A stretch of DNA of 64,000 nt from Myxococcales bacterium (GTDB lineage: Bacteria; UBA10199; 2-02-FULL-44-16; JAAZCA01): positions 105,812 to 169,811 of the forward strand of contig JAAZCA010000029.1 in assembly GCA_012513515.1 (NCBI GenBank). Reading direction: 5' to 3'. The stretch's first letter is position 1, and every line of letters begins with the position of its first letter. The notes below the pieces were generated by a model, which saw nothing but the letters and a program-made list of their open reading frames with translations, did not search any database and was not told the DNA's origin. Positions 38,145 through 48,786 of this stretch are shown here, piece after piece. Made by a program: the position numbers and the translations under genes.

Positions 38145-38234
38145 AGGCGGCTCAACCTACATTATAGAAAAGTTGTGGTCAAACACCTCCTTTGCCCTTG
38201 AAGTAAAGAGGATAATTCGATATTCTGCCGTCGT

Positions 38235-39134
38235 ATGAAGCCCGAAGATATCCTAATTTTGAAGCACGCCTTTGCAGTAGCCGGAAAAGTCGGAGCGAAA
38301 GCCGTCTTGCTTCATACCGATCCGATTGGAGATCTCTACTGTAACGAAAAGATCCCGAAGAAGATAAAGCTAATCCTGCTCTCAAAAAAGAAAAAAATCG
38401 AAGAACCTGAGGGAAAAGAAAAAAGTCTGGCATCGATAGCCACCGGCGTAGTCGCTATCCCGAAGATCCAGCTGATGAGAAATGCCCTTATAAAGATTTC
38501 CACCACCCTCGCCCTCTCCATGGACATGATATCTCCTGGCGACAAGCTGGTGTTCGCCGTTGGAGGATCGGATACGGGTTGTCTGGATCAGATCCAGATC
38601 GTGGATACGTCCAAGGAATCGGAGTTCATAGCTGCGAAGGGGGCAGCCAAGATATCCGAAAGCGTTCCCCCGGAACTCTTCCAGACTGTCCTCAACCTCG
38701 CCGTCGAGCTCGCCGACAAGGGACGCGAGGGAAAACCGGTAGGAACGATCTTCGTAGTCGGCGATCATGAAAAGGTGATGCAGCTCTCCAAGCAGATGAT
38801 AATGAACCCCTTCAAAGGTTACGAAGAGGAGGAGAGGAACATACTCTCCCCCTCGCTGAAGGAAACCATACGGGAGCTATCAGCCATGGATGGTGCCTTC
38901 GTCGTCGCCGACGACGGAACGGTTCTAGCCGCCGGGCGATATCTGGGGGCTGCGAGCGATGAGTCGACACTTCCAAGAGGGCTGGGCAGCCGGCATATAG
39001 CGGCTGCCGGAATCACCGGCTTGACTCAGTCCCTCGCCTTTGTTATCTCGGAGTCCTCTGGTGATGTCAGAATTTTCAAGGGCGGCAAGATCATCATGCA
39101 CATCGAGAAGGCCCCCAATAGAAACAACCGCTAA
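38235..39134 (+). CDS. diadenylate cyclase (DAC/DisA_N domain) protein with an uncharacterised Lys-rich N-terminal domain
   Basis: C-terminal half carries GTIFVVGD...MDGAFVVADDGTVLAAGRYL...GSRHIAAAGITGLTQSLAFVISESSGDVRIF. This parallels GALIV...HDGAVII...GTRHRAA...VSEETG. Confidence 0.7.
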   Translation: MKPEDILILKHAFAVAGKVGAKAVLLHTDPIGDLYCNEKIPKKIKLILLSKKKKIEEPEGKEKSLASIATGVVAIPKIQLMRNALIKISTTLALSMDMISPGDKLVFAVGGSDTGCLDQIQIVDTSKESEFIAAKGAAKISESVPPELFQTVLNLAVELADKGREGKPVGTIFVVGDHEKVMQLSKQMIMNPFKGYEEEERNILSPSLKETIRELSAMDGAFVVADDGTVLAAGRYLGAASDESTLPRGLGSRHIAAAGITGLTQSLAFVISESSGDVRIFKGGKIIMHIEKAPNRNNR

Positions 39135-39154
39135 CGGAGGTTTGAAAGACAGCT

Positions 39155-39382
39155 ATGAACAACAACCGAAGAGGAATCACAGAAAAAATGAAGTTCGATG
39201 TCAGGGTGAGTGAAAAGCTGCTCCAGGACGGAACGCTCGATACCAAGGATTATGAAAAGTATCTGAAAGAGCTTCCGGATGAATCCGCAAATATGTCATA
39301 CATATCGGTCTTCGACGAAGAAACCGAGCAGGACGCGGAAACCACCGAACCAATTGAGGGGTTGACCTTCATTTCAGGCTGA
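39155..39382 (+). CDS. small acidic hypothetical protein (75 aa) downstream of the DAC gene
   Basis: GGAGG RBS. Followed directly by a strong terminator. Confidence 0.4.
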   Translation: MNNNRRGITEKMKFDVRVSEKLLQDGTLDTKDYEKYLKELPDESANMSYISVFDEETEQDAETTEPIEGLTFISG

Positions 39383-39405
39383 CGGGCAGTTCAATTCAAA
39401 AAAAA

Positions 39406-39450
39406 GGCGTCCCGGAATTTTGCTGCAGGTCCGGGACGTTTTTGTTTTTT
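39406..39450. terminator. bidirectional rho-independent terminator
   Basis: AAAAAAAA, then GGCGTCCCGGA, 13 nt loop, TCCGGGACG, then TTTTTGTTTTTT. Serves the plus-strand DAC operon and the minus-strand pgsA. Confidence 0.8.
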
Positions 39451-39463
39451 ATACGTTTGAGAT

Positions 39464-40036
39464 TCAGGACCTTCGCACCACGCCCCGCCTCAGCAATTCG
39501 AGGCCCATTCTGACGTATTGATAACCGCTGACGACTATGAACAGGGCTGCTAGATACATAAAAAGGTACTGAGCGGTTTCAAGCGGCGAACGGAGCGCCT
39601 GCCCCGCATGAAGCCATCCCCTCAAAAGCCCGAGGCTGGCTGTCATCATCTGCATCAGAGTCGCCAGCTTGGAAGGCCAAATCGCTCTGTACGGAAGCTC
39701 TATCTTTTTGTTCTCGAGATAGAAAATTCCGCTTACTATCATCAGATCGCGTATCAGCGCTATCGCGAAAAACCATAAGGGTATAAAACCACCGATGAGC
39801 AGGAGTACAAAGCAACTCTGCATGAGCAGTTTGTCGGCAAGGGGGTCTATGAGTCCGCCCAGCTTGGACTGTTGTCCGTACATGCGCGCAACGGTGCCGT
39901 CTATGAGGTCGGTGAAAGCCGCAAAGCAAAAGACGATGAAGGCCAGCATCCGCGCCTCAGCTATATACAGATAGATAAAGACGGGCGTTAGGAATAGGCG
40001 GGAAAATGTCAGAATATTGGCGAGATTGGCGCTCAT
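39464..40036 (-). CDS. pgsA: CDP-diacylglycerol-glycerol-3-phosphate 3-phosphatidyltransferase
   Basis: CDP-alcohol phosphatidyltransferase motif DLIDGTVAR...GGLIDPLADK. Confidence 0.85.
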   Translation of the reverse strand: MSANLANILTFSRLFLTPVFIYLYIAEARMLAFIVFCFAAFTDLIDGTVARMYGQQSKLGGLIDPLADKLLMQSCFVLLLIGGFIPLWFFAIALIRDLMIVSGIFYLENKKIELPYRAIWPSKLATLMQMMTASLGLLRGWLHAGQALRSPLETAQYLFMYLAALFIVVSGYQYVRMGLELLRRGVVRRS

Positions 40037-40257
40037 TTGCTCCCTCCGTTCCTTTGAATCTTTAAAGTATCATTAAAATATCCTTCGCAATCCTTACTTC
40101 AAGAGTTCGACAGACTCCTCTGATCGAATTTAAGAACGCATCTCCCTCATCGGAAGAAGTGGAACAAGCTGAGCCTGCCGCCGCAATACTGCGATTCTTC
40201 GTAACGGAAACGATTCACAATATCCAGCAAAAACATCCCGGAGTTTCCAAAAGCGGA

Positions 40258-41520
40258 TCAGAAGTTGACCGCGTAGCGCCTGTACTTCTGATAATACTTC
40301 TGATGGAGCTCGCACTCGACGAGGATGCAGTCCCCTTCGTAGATGCTTTTGAAGACGTGCCCGGTGGAATAAAGCTTAGAGAGAATATCCCCTCTCTCCA
40401 TCGGCAGCCTCAAGGTGGTCCTGCGAAACTCAATCCTGAGAACCCTTTCGATTTCTCCCAGAAGTTCTTCGACGCCGGCCCCGGTACGAGCCGATACGCT
40501 GATCGACGATTTTTCTCCCCTGTATGCCGACGGCAGGTCGGACTTGTTAACGACCTCTATGAGGGGCTTCTGAGACATTTCGAGCTCAGAGAGCACATCG
40601 CGCACGACCTGAAGCTGAGCCGGCGCCTCCTCGTCACTGCCATCGACGACGGCCAACAGCAGATAAGAATTTTCCACTTCCTCGAAGGTCGCCTTGAATG
40701 ATTCCACCAGTTCATGCGGAAGTCTCCTTATAAAGCCGACTGTGTCGGCCAGAAGCACTATTCTTCCCGAGGGAAGCCTCAATTTCCTCACCGTAGGATC
40801 TAGCGTGGCAAAGAGTTTATCCTCCACAAAAACGCCAGCACCTGTTAGGGCGTTCATGAGGGTCGATTTCCCCGCGTTGGTGTATCCAACGAGGGAAACC
40901 AGAGGAATCGGAACCGACTCGCGTTTCATCCTGTGTATTCTGCGATGTTTTCTGACGCCTTCCAGCTGGCCTCGAAGATGTGAAATTCTGTTGCGAACGC
41001 TTCTCCTGTCGTATTCGAGCGCCGTTTCACCGGGGCCTCTCGTTCCGATCCTCCCCACCTGCTGTGAAAAGAGCTCTCCCCGCCCCACCAGCCTCGGAGC
41101 GAGATATTCCATCTGGGCGAGTTCAACCTGAAGCCTGCCCTCCTTCGTTTGCGCACGCATCGCGAATATGTCGAGTATGACCGCCGTTCGGTCTATGACG
41201 AAAAGGCCGATCTCCTTCTCCAGGTTCCTGTTCTGAACCGGGGAAATTTCATCGTCTATAACTATAGTGTCAGCGCCGACAGCTTCAGCAAGTTCCCTTA
41301 CCTCCAGAACCTTTCCACTGCCTATAAAGGTGACAGGATCTATCCGCTTAATTTCCTGGCTGATCTTGGCAACCACCTCACCACCTGCCGTGTCTATAAG
41401 CCTCGTAAGTTCGGCAAGCGATAGTTCCATCTGACGACGACTGCTGCCAGCTCTTCTGACCCCCACGATCAGCGCCTTATCTATTTCGCGTTTTTTTTCA
41501 GAGCTGAGCCTCTTTGGCAT
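40258..41520 (-). CDS. hflX: GTPase HflX
   Basis: HflX N-terminal domain, then G domain GYTNAGKSTLMNALT, DTVGF, NKSD. Confidence 0.9.
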   Translation of the reverse strand: MPKRLSSEKKREIDKALIVGVRRAGSSRRQMELSLAELTRLIDTAGGEVVAKISQEIKRIDPVTFIGSGKVLEVRELAEAVGADTIVIDDEISPVQNRNLEKEIGLFVIDRTAVILDIFAMRAQTKEGRLQVELAQMEYLAPRLVGRGELFSQQVGRIGTRGPGETALEYDRRSVRNRISHLRGQLEGVRKHRRIHRMKRESVPIPLVSLVGYTNAGKSTLMNALTGAGVFVEDKLFATLDPTVRKLRLPSGRIVLLADTVGFIRRLPHELVESFKATFEEVENSYLLLAVVDGSDEEAPAQLQVVRDVLSELEMSQKPLIEVVNKSDLPSAYRGEKSSISVSARTGAGVEELLGEIERVLRIEFRRTTLRLPMERGDILSKLYSTGHVFKSIYEGDCILVECELHQKYYQKYRRYAVNF

Positions 41521-41524
41521 GTTT

Positions 41525-44500
41525 TTATGAAATGAACTTGGTCACATTACGACCGAAGAGTTTGTTAACCGCAGTCACGAGTTGCGGAGATGGAGTTAAC
41601 TTCAAATCATCGGGCAGGGCCAGGATCGTCTCGGTCTTGCTCGGAACAACGAGATGAACAAAGCCCGGGCATTGCCCTGGATATCTCGACAGGACATTTT
41701 TGAGCTGCGCCAGATGCTGGGGGGCAACCTCCGGCTGGCTCAAAAAGAAATGAACGCTCTTGGTCATTTTTTCAGAAACCTCGTCGATAGGCATTATCTG
41801 CGTCGCGATGATCTTGACATTTTCACTATCGACATCGGCAGTCCCCATGACAAATACCGGCTGATCGCTTTTGATCAGCAGATGAACATCGGCATAGAGG
41901 TCTGAAAAGATAACCGCCTCGGCGGAACCTTTTAGATCCTCTATCGTGGCAAAGCCCATCCTATTTCCCTGTTTTGTGGTTATCTCGCGAAGCTTCGATA
42001 CAACCCCGCCGAGTTTAACCTCCTGTTTGTCATTGCAGGATGCCAACTCGACGGTATCGGTATTGGCATACTGCGAGAGCAGTTCCTCGTACTGGGCCAG
42101 GGGATGCCCCGTGATATAGAATCCGAGAGATTCCTTCTCATACGCAAGAAGCTGCCGCTCGCCCCATTCGGAAACATCGGGAAGTTTTGGATCGGAGGAA
42201 AAACCATCGGATGAACCGAGCAGATCGAACAACCTCGCCTGCCCTGAAATTCTGTCCCTCTGCCTGGAGGCAGCCATCTCCATCGCAGTATCGAGGGATG
42301 CTAGAAGAGCCGCCCTGGGAGCCTTAGTAAAATCGAAGGCGCCGCATTTTATTAAGCTCTCGATCACCCTCTTGTTTACCCTTCTAGAATCTATGCGATC
42401 GCAGAAATCGAAAAGCGTCCTAAAAACTCCACCATCATTTCTCGCCGAAACGATGTTCTCTATCGCCCCTTCGCCCACATTTTTTACAGCGCCAAGGCCG
42501 AATCGTATCGTCCCATCGCCAACAACAGAAAAGTCCATCATACTCTCGTTGACATCCGGAGGAAGCATCCTGATTCCAGCAGTCTTGCAATCATTGATGT
42601 AAAAGAGAACCTTGTCGGTGTTGTCCTTTTCAGCGGTAAGGAGCGCCGCCATGAATTCGGTAGGGTGATGAAATTTAAGGTAAGCGGTCTGATACGCAAC
42701 AAGGGCATAGGCAGCGCTGTGGGATTTGTTGAAGCCGTACTCGGCAAACTTCGCCATCAGTTCAAAGAGGCGCTCAGCTTTCGCCTCCGGAATCTTGTTC
42801 TCGAGCGCCCCCTTCACGAACCTCTCGTGCTGCTTGGCCATCTCCTCCGGTTTTTTCTTGCCCATGGCACGGCGAAGAAGGTCCGCTTCTCCAAGGGAAT
42901 AATTGGCAAGGACGTTGGCAATTCGCATCACCTGTTCCTGATAAACTATGACGCCGTAGGTCTCTTTGAGAATTTCCTCTAGCTGCGGCAGTTCATATTT
43001 TATCGGAGTCCTGCCATGCTTCCTGTTGATGAAGTCATCGACCATCCCCGATCCGAGCGGACCAGGACGAAAGAGGGCCACGAGAGCGACGATTTCAGAA
43101 AAAGCACCGGGTTTCAACTTCATGACAAGGTCGGTCATCCCCGAACTTTCCAGTTGGAATATCCCCGCCGTGTCCCCCTGCGAAAGTTTTTTGTAAACGA
43201 GAGGATCGTTCAAAGAAATGGATTCGATATCTATCTTCTCCCCGCTCCCCTTCTCTATCAGCTTGACGCAGTCATCTATGACGGTGAGCGTCTTGAGACC
43301 GAGAAAATCGAACTTGATGAGACCGACCTTCTCCACACACTTCATATCGAATTGAGTTACAATTTCATCCTTCTGCCCCTTGTAGAGCGGCACCAACTCC
43401 GACAGAGGACGATCGGATATCACGACTCCTGCAGCGTGTGTTGAAGCGTGGCGCGGAAAACCCTCAAGCACCTTCGCCACTTCCAGAAGCCTTGCGATTT
43501 CATCCTGCTTTTTAGCGATCTCCTTGAGCTTCGGTTCGATCTTTATCGCATCGGCCAGAGTCATCCCGAGCGTCGCCGGGATCAGCTTCGCGATTCTGTC
43601 TACATCGCCATACGGAATCCCCATCACCCTGCCGACGTCGCGCACCACAGCGCGGGCCTTCATCGTTCCAAAGGTGATGATCTGGCTGACATTGCCGTAT
43701 TTTTTCGAAACGTATGATATAACCTCGTCGCGCCTGCGCATGCAGAAATCGATATCCACATCGGGCATGCTTATTCTTTCCGGATTAAGAAAACGCTCGA
43801 AGAGAAGGCCGTGCTCTATCGGATCGATGTTCGTGATCTCCAGGCAGTACGCAACAAGCGAACCTGCAGCCGATCCACGCCCGGGACCGACGGGGAGTTC
43901 GATCCCCTTGGCGTAGCGTATAAAATCGGCGACGATCAAAAAGTAGCCTGCAAAACCCATCTTGATGATCGTTTCAAGCTCGGTGCGAAGCCTCTCCTGA
44001 TAAACTTTTTTGAGATCATCGAGGTGATCCCTGCCGCGCGAGATGAGCGTCCACCTTTTCTCAAGCCCCTTGATGACTTCCTCACGAAGATGGCTCTGAA
44101 GGTCCATGCCATCCGGAGGGGAATACTTGGGAAAATAGTATGTATTGAAATCGAAATCCATGTTTAGCCTGGCGGCTATTTCAACGGTATTGGAGATCGC
44201 TTCGGGGAAATCAGCAAAAAGTTCGCTCATCTCATCGGGGGATTTAAGGTAGAACTGATCGCTGTCTAACCGCATCCTCTTTTCATCGTCCAGGGTTTTG
44301 CCGGTCTGGATGCAAAGCAGGGCATCATGGGCGGCCGCATCGGACCTGTCTATATAGTGGACATCGTTGGTTGCAACTAGGCCGATCCCTTTCCTCTTGG
44401 CAAGTTCGCACAGCCCTTCACGGATCTTAAGCTGACCTTCGATTCCGTGGTCCATGAGCTCTATAAAGAAATTGTTATTGTCGAAAAGGGAGGCATAAAA

Positions 44501-44989
44501 ATCGACCGCCTTTTCCGCCTCATCCATCCTACCATCTGAGATGAGTTGAGGAATTTCCCCCTTGAGGCATCCGGAAAGGGCTATAAGCCCCTTGCTATGC
44601 TGTCGCAAAATTTCCTTATCTATTCTAGGTTTATAATAGAAACCTTCTAAATAACTTGAACTTACAAGATGGCAGAGATTGCGGTACCCCTCCCTGTTTT
44701 TGACCAGCAGTGTGAGGTGGGTAAGCGCCCCCTTCTGGTTTAAGTCCCTTATCAGCCTGCTCCCCTCGCTGAGGAGATAGACCTCGCAGCCGATGCAGGG
44801 CTTGACGCCGTGCTTGGATATCTTGTCGTAGAAATCTATGGCGCCAAAAAGGTTTCCATGGTCGGTGATCGCCAAAGCCGGCATCTTGAGCTCAGCTGCC
44901 CTTAAGGCGAGCTCGGAGGTGGGCGCCGCCCCGTCGAGCAGGCTGTAATACGAATGGACGTGTAGATGTACGAAGTTTGAGTGGATCAT
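41525..44989 (-). CDS. dnaE: DNA polymerase III subunit alpha
   Basis: 1154 aa. PHP domain HLHVHSYYSLLDGA, polymerase core and OB fold. Confidence 0.97.
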   Translation of the reverse strand: MIHSNFVHLHVHSYYSLLDGAAPTSELALRAAELKMPALAITDHGNLFGAIDFYDKISKHGVKPCIGCEVYLLSEGSRLIRDLNQKGALTHLTLLVKNREGYRNLCHLVSSSYLEGFYYKPRIDKEILRQHSKGLIALSGCLKGEIPQLISDGRMDEAEKAVDFYASLFDNNNFFIELMDHGIEGQLKIREGLCELAKRKGIGLVATNDVHYIDRSDAAAHDALLCIQTGKTLDDEKRMRLDSDQFYLKSPDEMSELFADFPEAISNTVEIAARLNMDFDFNTYYFPKYSPPDGMDLQSHLREEVIKGLEKRWTLISRGRDHLDDLKKVYQERLRTELETIIKMGFAGYFLIVADFIRYAKGIELPVGPGRGSAAGSLVAYCLEITNIDPIEHGLLFERFLNPERISMPDVDIDFCMRRRDEVISYVSKKYGNVSQIITFGTMKARAVVRDVGRVMGIPYGDVDRIAKLIPATLGMTLADAIKIEPKLKEIAKKQDEIARLLEVAKVLEGFPRHASTHAAGVVISDRPLSELVPLYKGQKDEIVTQFDMKCVEKVGLIKFDFLGLKTLTVIDDCVKLIEKGSGEKIDIESISLNDPLVYKKLSQGDTAGIFQLESSGMTDLVMKLKPGAFSEIVALVALFRPGPLGSGMVDDFINRKHGRTPIKYELPQLEEILKETYGVIVYQEQVMRIANVLANYSLGEADLLRRAMGKKKPEEMAKQHERFVKGALENKIPEAKAERLFELMAKFAEYGFNKSHSAAYALVAYQTAYLKFHHPTEFMAALLTAEKDNTDKVLFYINDCKTAGIRMLPPDVNESMMDFSVVGDGTIRFGLGAVKNVGEGAIENIVSARNDGGVFRTLFDFCDRIDSRRVNKRVIESLIKCGAFDFTKAPRAALLASLDTAMEMAASRQRDRISGQARLFDLLGSSDGFSSDPKLPDVSEWGERQLLAYEKESLGFYITGHPLAQYEELLSQYANTDTVELASCNDKQEVKLGGVVSKLREITTKQGNRMGFATIEDLKGSAEAVIFSDLYADVHLLIKSDQPVFVMGTADVDSENVKIIATQIMPIDEVSEKMTKSVHFFLSQPEVAPQHLAQLKNVLSRYPGQCPGFVHLVVPSKTETILALPDDLKLTPSPQLVTAVNKLFGRNVTKFIS

Positions 44990-45075
44990 ATTTTAAACAG
45001 GACCATCCTTATTGCACATGGGGCAAAAATGTCTGCTATTTTTTTCGCTATTTTTGCGATGAAAAACAGGCGAAA

Positions 45076-45837
45076 CTACCTTACTCGGCCAAGAAGGCGC
45101 AAGAACCCATCGAGAACAGTGATTGGATGCGGGGGACAACCCGGAATATAGAGGTCTACTGGTATCAATTTATCCACCCCGCCCTTTACATCCAAATGAC
45201 CGATGAAGGGGCCGCCGGATATGGCACAGGCGCCCGATGCGATTACTATTTTTGGCGAAGGAATCGCGGCATATGTCTTTTCAAGCGCCAGCGCCATGTT
45301 GTTTGAAATTGGGCCGGTGACTAAAATCCCGTCGGCATGCCTTGGCGAAGCTACAAACTGAATTCCAAAGCGCCCGAGGTCGAATACTATCGTCGAAAGA
45401 ACGTTGATATCCGCCTCGCAGGCGTTGCATCCACCGGCGCTAACCTGCCTGAGCTTCAGCGAACGCCCGAAAAGACGAAGCATCTCTTTTTTCAATTTCT
45501 CCGCTAGGCGAAATTCCGCTTCACCGACGATAAGCCCCTCCCGCACACAGGAGGCCAACCGATAATCGCGAGTGAATTTTATCACTCCCTCGCCGCATTC
45601 CCTCTCGCAGTTTCCGCAGAAGATACATTTGCCAAGATCTATGGAAATTCGTCCTTCTCCGCTGCAGCTAAGCGCACCAACAGGACAGCTCTTGACGCAG
45701 AGGCCACAATCTTTTCCGCAGGCCGAATCATCTATCGAAGGCATGCCCCTGAATTTAGCGGGCAAATTCGGTTCAGCATCGGGAAATGCGACGGTCCAGC
45801 TTTTTTGCTGCAATCTGCTTCGAATTATCTTTAACAT
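45076..45837 (-). CDS. group-4 hydrogenase-like complex: 2x[4Fe-4S] ferredoxin (HycF/NuoI-like) fused to small subunit (HycG/NuoB-like)
   Basis: CGLCVKSCP and CIFCGNCERECG, then GGCNACE...GACAISGG...GCPPHP. Confidence 0.8.
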   Translation of the reverse strand: MLKIIRSRLQQKSWTVAFPDAEPNLPAKFRGMPSIDDSACGKDCGLCVKSCPVGALSCSGEGRISIDLGKCIFCGNCERECGEGVIKFTRDYRLASCVREGLIVGEAEFRLAEKLKKEMLRLFGRSLKLRQVSAGGCNACEADINVLSTIVFDLGRFGIQFVASPRHADGILVTGPISNNMALALEKTYAAIPSPKIVIASGACAISGGPFIGHLDVKGGVDKLIPVDLYIPGCPPHPITVLDGFLRLLGRVR

Positions 45838-45847
45838 ATCGCAAACC

Positions 45848-47299
45848 TCATAGATCGTATCCGCAGTATGAGAGGTTAAAGCTCTTATTGATCAGCGGAA
45901 AATCGGATATCTGTCCGTTGCGAAGCGCCATCTCAAGCCCGCTCCAGTTATGGAACGAGGGATCGACGATCTTATAAAAAGCGATCTTTCCATCTTTTCC
46001 GGTCCCGGCCACGTGGCAGATTTCGCCGCGCCACCCCTCGACCATCGAAACAACGAATGAATCCGGAATCAGAGGCCCAAGGTCGGATTTTACATCCCCT
46101 TCCGCCAGCGACTCGAGCTGATTTCTGATGAACTGCGCCGATTTCACAATCTCCAACCACCTGACGTAGGCGCGGGCGAAGACATCCCCCCTGTGCCATG
46201 TCGAAAGAGGGAGATGGGCGAATCTAAATATCCCCACTGGAAAATCGCTTCGCACGTCCATGGCAATACCTGCTGCACGCGCCGCAGGGCCGACTATCCC
46301 CAAAGCGCGGCATAATTCCTTAGGGAGATGACCTGTATCATCAAAGCGCGCAAGCACCGATGGGGAATCCCACAGAAGTTGCGCCGCCGACTCTAAGTCA
46401 CGCATATGGGCGTCGAGACTTTTAAGGATCGCGGAAATTTCGGAAGAACTCAGATCGAAAAGCACACCTCCAGGACGCAGGAGCCCCCTGCCAAAACGGC
46501 TTCCGCATATTCGGGCCTGCAGATTAAGGAAATCGCCGCGCAGCCTCCCGCAGTAGGATGAGGTCGGAAGGTATCCAACATCGCCCGCAAGAGCGCCGAG
46601 GTCGCCCGCATGGTTGGCGATGCGTTCGAGTTCAAGGGCAACCCCCCTGATCATCTGCGCTCTAAGGGGAACCCGGCAGTTAGCAAGCGACTCCACAGCG
46701 TGACAGTACGCCGTAGAATGCCCTATGCTCGTATCCCCCGCTACGGTCTCCATATAATGAATAGTTCTTCTATCAGGTCCGCCGACTATTCCCTTCTCGA
46801 CGCCGCGATGCTGATAGCCTAGATGGATTTCAAGATTGAATACCTCCTCTCCGTGGCATTGAAACCTGAAGTGCCCCGGCTCTATGACGCCGGCATGAAC
46901 AGGACCCACCGCAACCTCATGTACCCCTTCGCCTGAAAGTTCGTAATACTTATACCCTTCGCGCTTGCGCACGGGCTTGAGCCACGGATGCCCCTTTGGC
47001 TCGGCACCGGTCTGTTCGAAAATTTCGCGCTCGAATATATGCGCCTGTGAACATTTTGGAGTGATGGAATCGTACGAACCCTTGACCGACGTGCCGAATG
47101 CGGAGAGGATCCCCGTCTTGTCTTCCGACAGAACGGCGTAGATCATCACCGAACCGCCGGAGGACGGAAGACCAAACATCGCACTGATTCGGAGCCCTGA
47201 ATCCGTTTCCTTTATTACCACCCTCTCGAAATCTTCATTGGAGATTATCGGCAAATCAGATTTCTTTATTACTTCGCAGTTTCTCAAATCGGATCTCAT
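45848..47299 (-). CDS. group-4 hydrogenase-like large subunit (NuoC-NuoD/HycE-like fusion) lacking the NiFe-binding cysteines (Ehr-type)
   Basis: NuoC-like FEREIFEQTGAEPKGHP, then HycE-like GPVHAGVIEPGHFRF. The position of the RxCGxCxxxH motif reads VAGDTSIGH. The C-terminus is NLSYCGYDL instead of DPCxxCxxH. Confidence 0.75.
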   Translation of the reverse strand: MRSDLRNCEVIKKSDLPIISNEDFERVVIKETDSGLRISAMFGLPSSGGSVMIYAVLSEDKTGILSAFGTSVKGSYDSITPKCSQAHIFEREIFEQTGAEPKGHPWLKPVRKREGYKYYELSGEGVHEVAVGPVHAGVIEPGHFRFQCHGEEVFNLEIHLGYQHRGVEKGIVGGPDRRTIHYMETVAGDTSIGHSTAYCHAVESLANCRVPLRAQMIRGVALELERIANHAGDLGALAGDVGYLPTSSYCGRLRGDFLNLQARICGSRFGRGLLRPGGVLFDLSSSEISAILKSLDAHMRDLESAAQLLWDSPSVLARFDDTGHLPKELCRALGIVGPAARAAGIAMDVRSDFPVGIFRFAHLPLSTWHRGDVFARAYVRWLEIVKSAQFIRNQLESLAEGDVKSDLGPLIPDSFVVSMVEGWRGEICHVAGTGKDGKIAFYKIVDPSFHNWSGLEMALRNGQISDFPLINKSFNLSYCGYDL

Positions 47300-48786
47300 C
47301 GTAAGCCTCCGAGTTCTCCGGCAGCCTCAAGAATAAGCGAAGTCAACGCATCGGGAATGCACAGACCCAAAATGAGCACAGCCAGCATCATCACAACCGG
47401 AGGGATGAATGAAAGGATAGGCTCGCGGTTCACACGCTCGGCAGGCAGCTGGTCCATGTTCCCATATGCCATCTTGAAAAAGGGCCCTACCATTCCCACG
47501 AAGACAACGGCCAGAAGCGCAAGATAGGCAACGGCGATGAAAATCCGATCCTGATCGACCATCCCCTTCAGTATCGAAAACTCGCTGAAGAAGGTGCCGA
47601 AGGGAGGAGAACCGGTGATCGCAAAAAAACCTGCCACCCATACCACACCGGAAACAGGCAAAAACCTCAGCACCCCTCTCACTTCAAGTGATGATTTTGA
47701 CCTGTAGAAGGTGAGGATGTTTCCAGCAGTGAAAAACAGGGCAGCCTTGGCAAGGGAATGGTTAACCGCATGCAGCATGCTTCCGTAAACAGCTATCCCC
47801 CCGATGCCCACACCTACCGCCAGTATCCCCATGTGTTCGACGCTGGAATACGCAAGCATCCTCTTGTAATCGTTTTGCCCGAGGATAAAGATCGCGGCGA
47901 TCGCCATCGAGAAGATGCCGAAGATTATCAACAGATCGCGTCCTAACTGTCCCGCCCCCGCTGCATTGAGAAGCTGCTGCGCCCTGATAATCCCCAAAAA
48001 TGAGCAATTGAGAAGCGCGCCGGACAGAAGGGCCGATACGGCGGATGGAGACTCGCTATGAGCATCCGGTAGCCAGGTGTGCATCGGAGCAAGTCCCATC
48101 TTCGTTCCATATCCAACGATGAAAAGCAAAAAGGCCCCCTTCAGCCAGAAAATATTGATATGGCCAAGTGATGCCCTGTTCATGAGCGATGATAAAACAA
48201 GTGAGCTGTGAAGACCCCCTTCCGACACAGCAACTGCAAGAAAAAAGTTGCCCAGCAAGGCGATCACGATTCCCACGGAGCAGATGAGCAAATATTTCCA
48301 CGCGGCTTCCAGCGATCTCTTGTGCATATGATAATAGATAAGCGGCGCGCTAGCCAAAGTTGTCGCCTCCACACCCACCCAGATCATGCCAAACTGGAGA
48401 CTGACGCAGACGAGCGTCATCGTGGAAAGAAAAAGCATCATGCATCCGCAATAGACCGACTCGCTGAAATCGATAAAGGTGGAGGATCCTTCGAAATCCC
48501 GCTTCTTTACAAGAGCTCCGGCGTTGCCGGATCCGACCCTGTATATCGTCGAAAAAAAGAAAAGAAAGCTGGCTACGCTCAAAAAGAGTAGCCCCAATGA
48601 ATCGAGGGCAAACCACCCCTGATAGAATGGCGCGGGTCTCGTGTGCCAGCACCACACCACAAGAGAGAGATGAGCAAAGGCCGTCGATATCATCAGCGCG
48701 CGGGCGGCATAGGCCTTCCTCATGAAGAAGGAAATGATTCCGGCCAAAGCTGGTAGAAGCACGAGTGCGAGTATCATATTCATCAA
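47296..48786 (-). CDS. NuoN/NuoM/MrpD-like antiporter-type membrane subunit
   Basis: 496 aa with about 14 TM helices. Overlaps the large-subunit gene by 4 nt. Confidence 0.75.
   Translation of the reverse strand: MMNMILALVLLPALAGIISFFMRKAYAARALMISTAFAHLSLVVWCWHTRPAPFYQGWFALDSLGLLFLSVASFLFFFSTIYRVGSGNAGALVKKRDFEGSSTFIDFSESVYCGCMMLFLSTMTLVCVSLQFGMIWVGVEATTLASAPLIYYHMHKRSLEAAWKYLLICSVGIVIALLGNFFLAVAVSEGGLHSSLVLSSLMNRASLGHINIFWLKGAFLLFIVGYGTKMGLAPMHTWLPDAHSESPSAVSALLSGALLNCSFLGIIRAQQLLNAAGAGQLGRDLLIIFGIFSMAIAAIFILGQNDYKRMLAYSSVEHMGILAVGVGIGGIAVYGSMLHAVNHSLAKAALFFTAGNILTFYRSKSSLEVRGVLRFLPVSGVVWVAGFFAITGSPPFGTFFSEFSILKGMVDQDRIFIAVAYLALLAVVFVGMVGPFFKMAYGNMDQLPAERVNREPILSFIPPVVMMLAVLILGLCIPDALTSLILEAAGELGGLR

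Noticed and set aside
45848-47299. Functional [NiFe] hydrogenase (Hyf/Ech) large subunit
   Set aside because: Both metal-binding cysteine pairs are substituted, so a catalytic NiFe site cannot form. Called Ehr-type instead.
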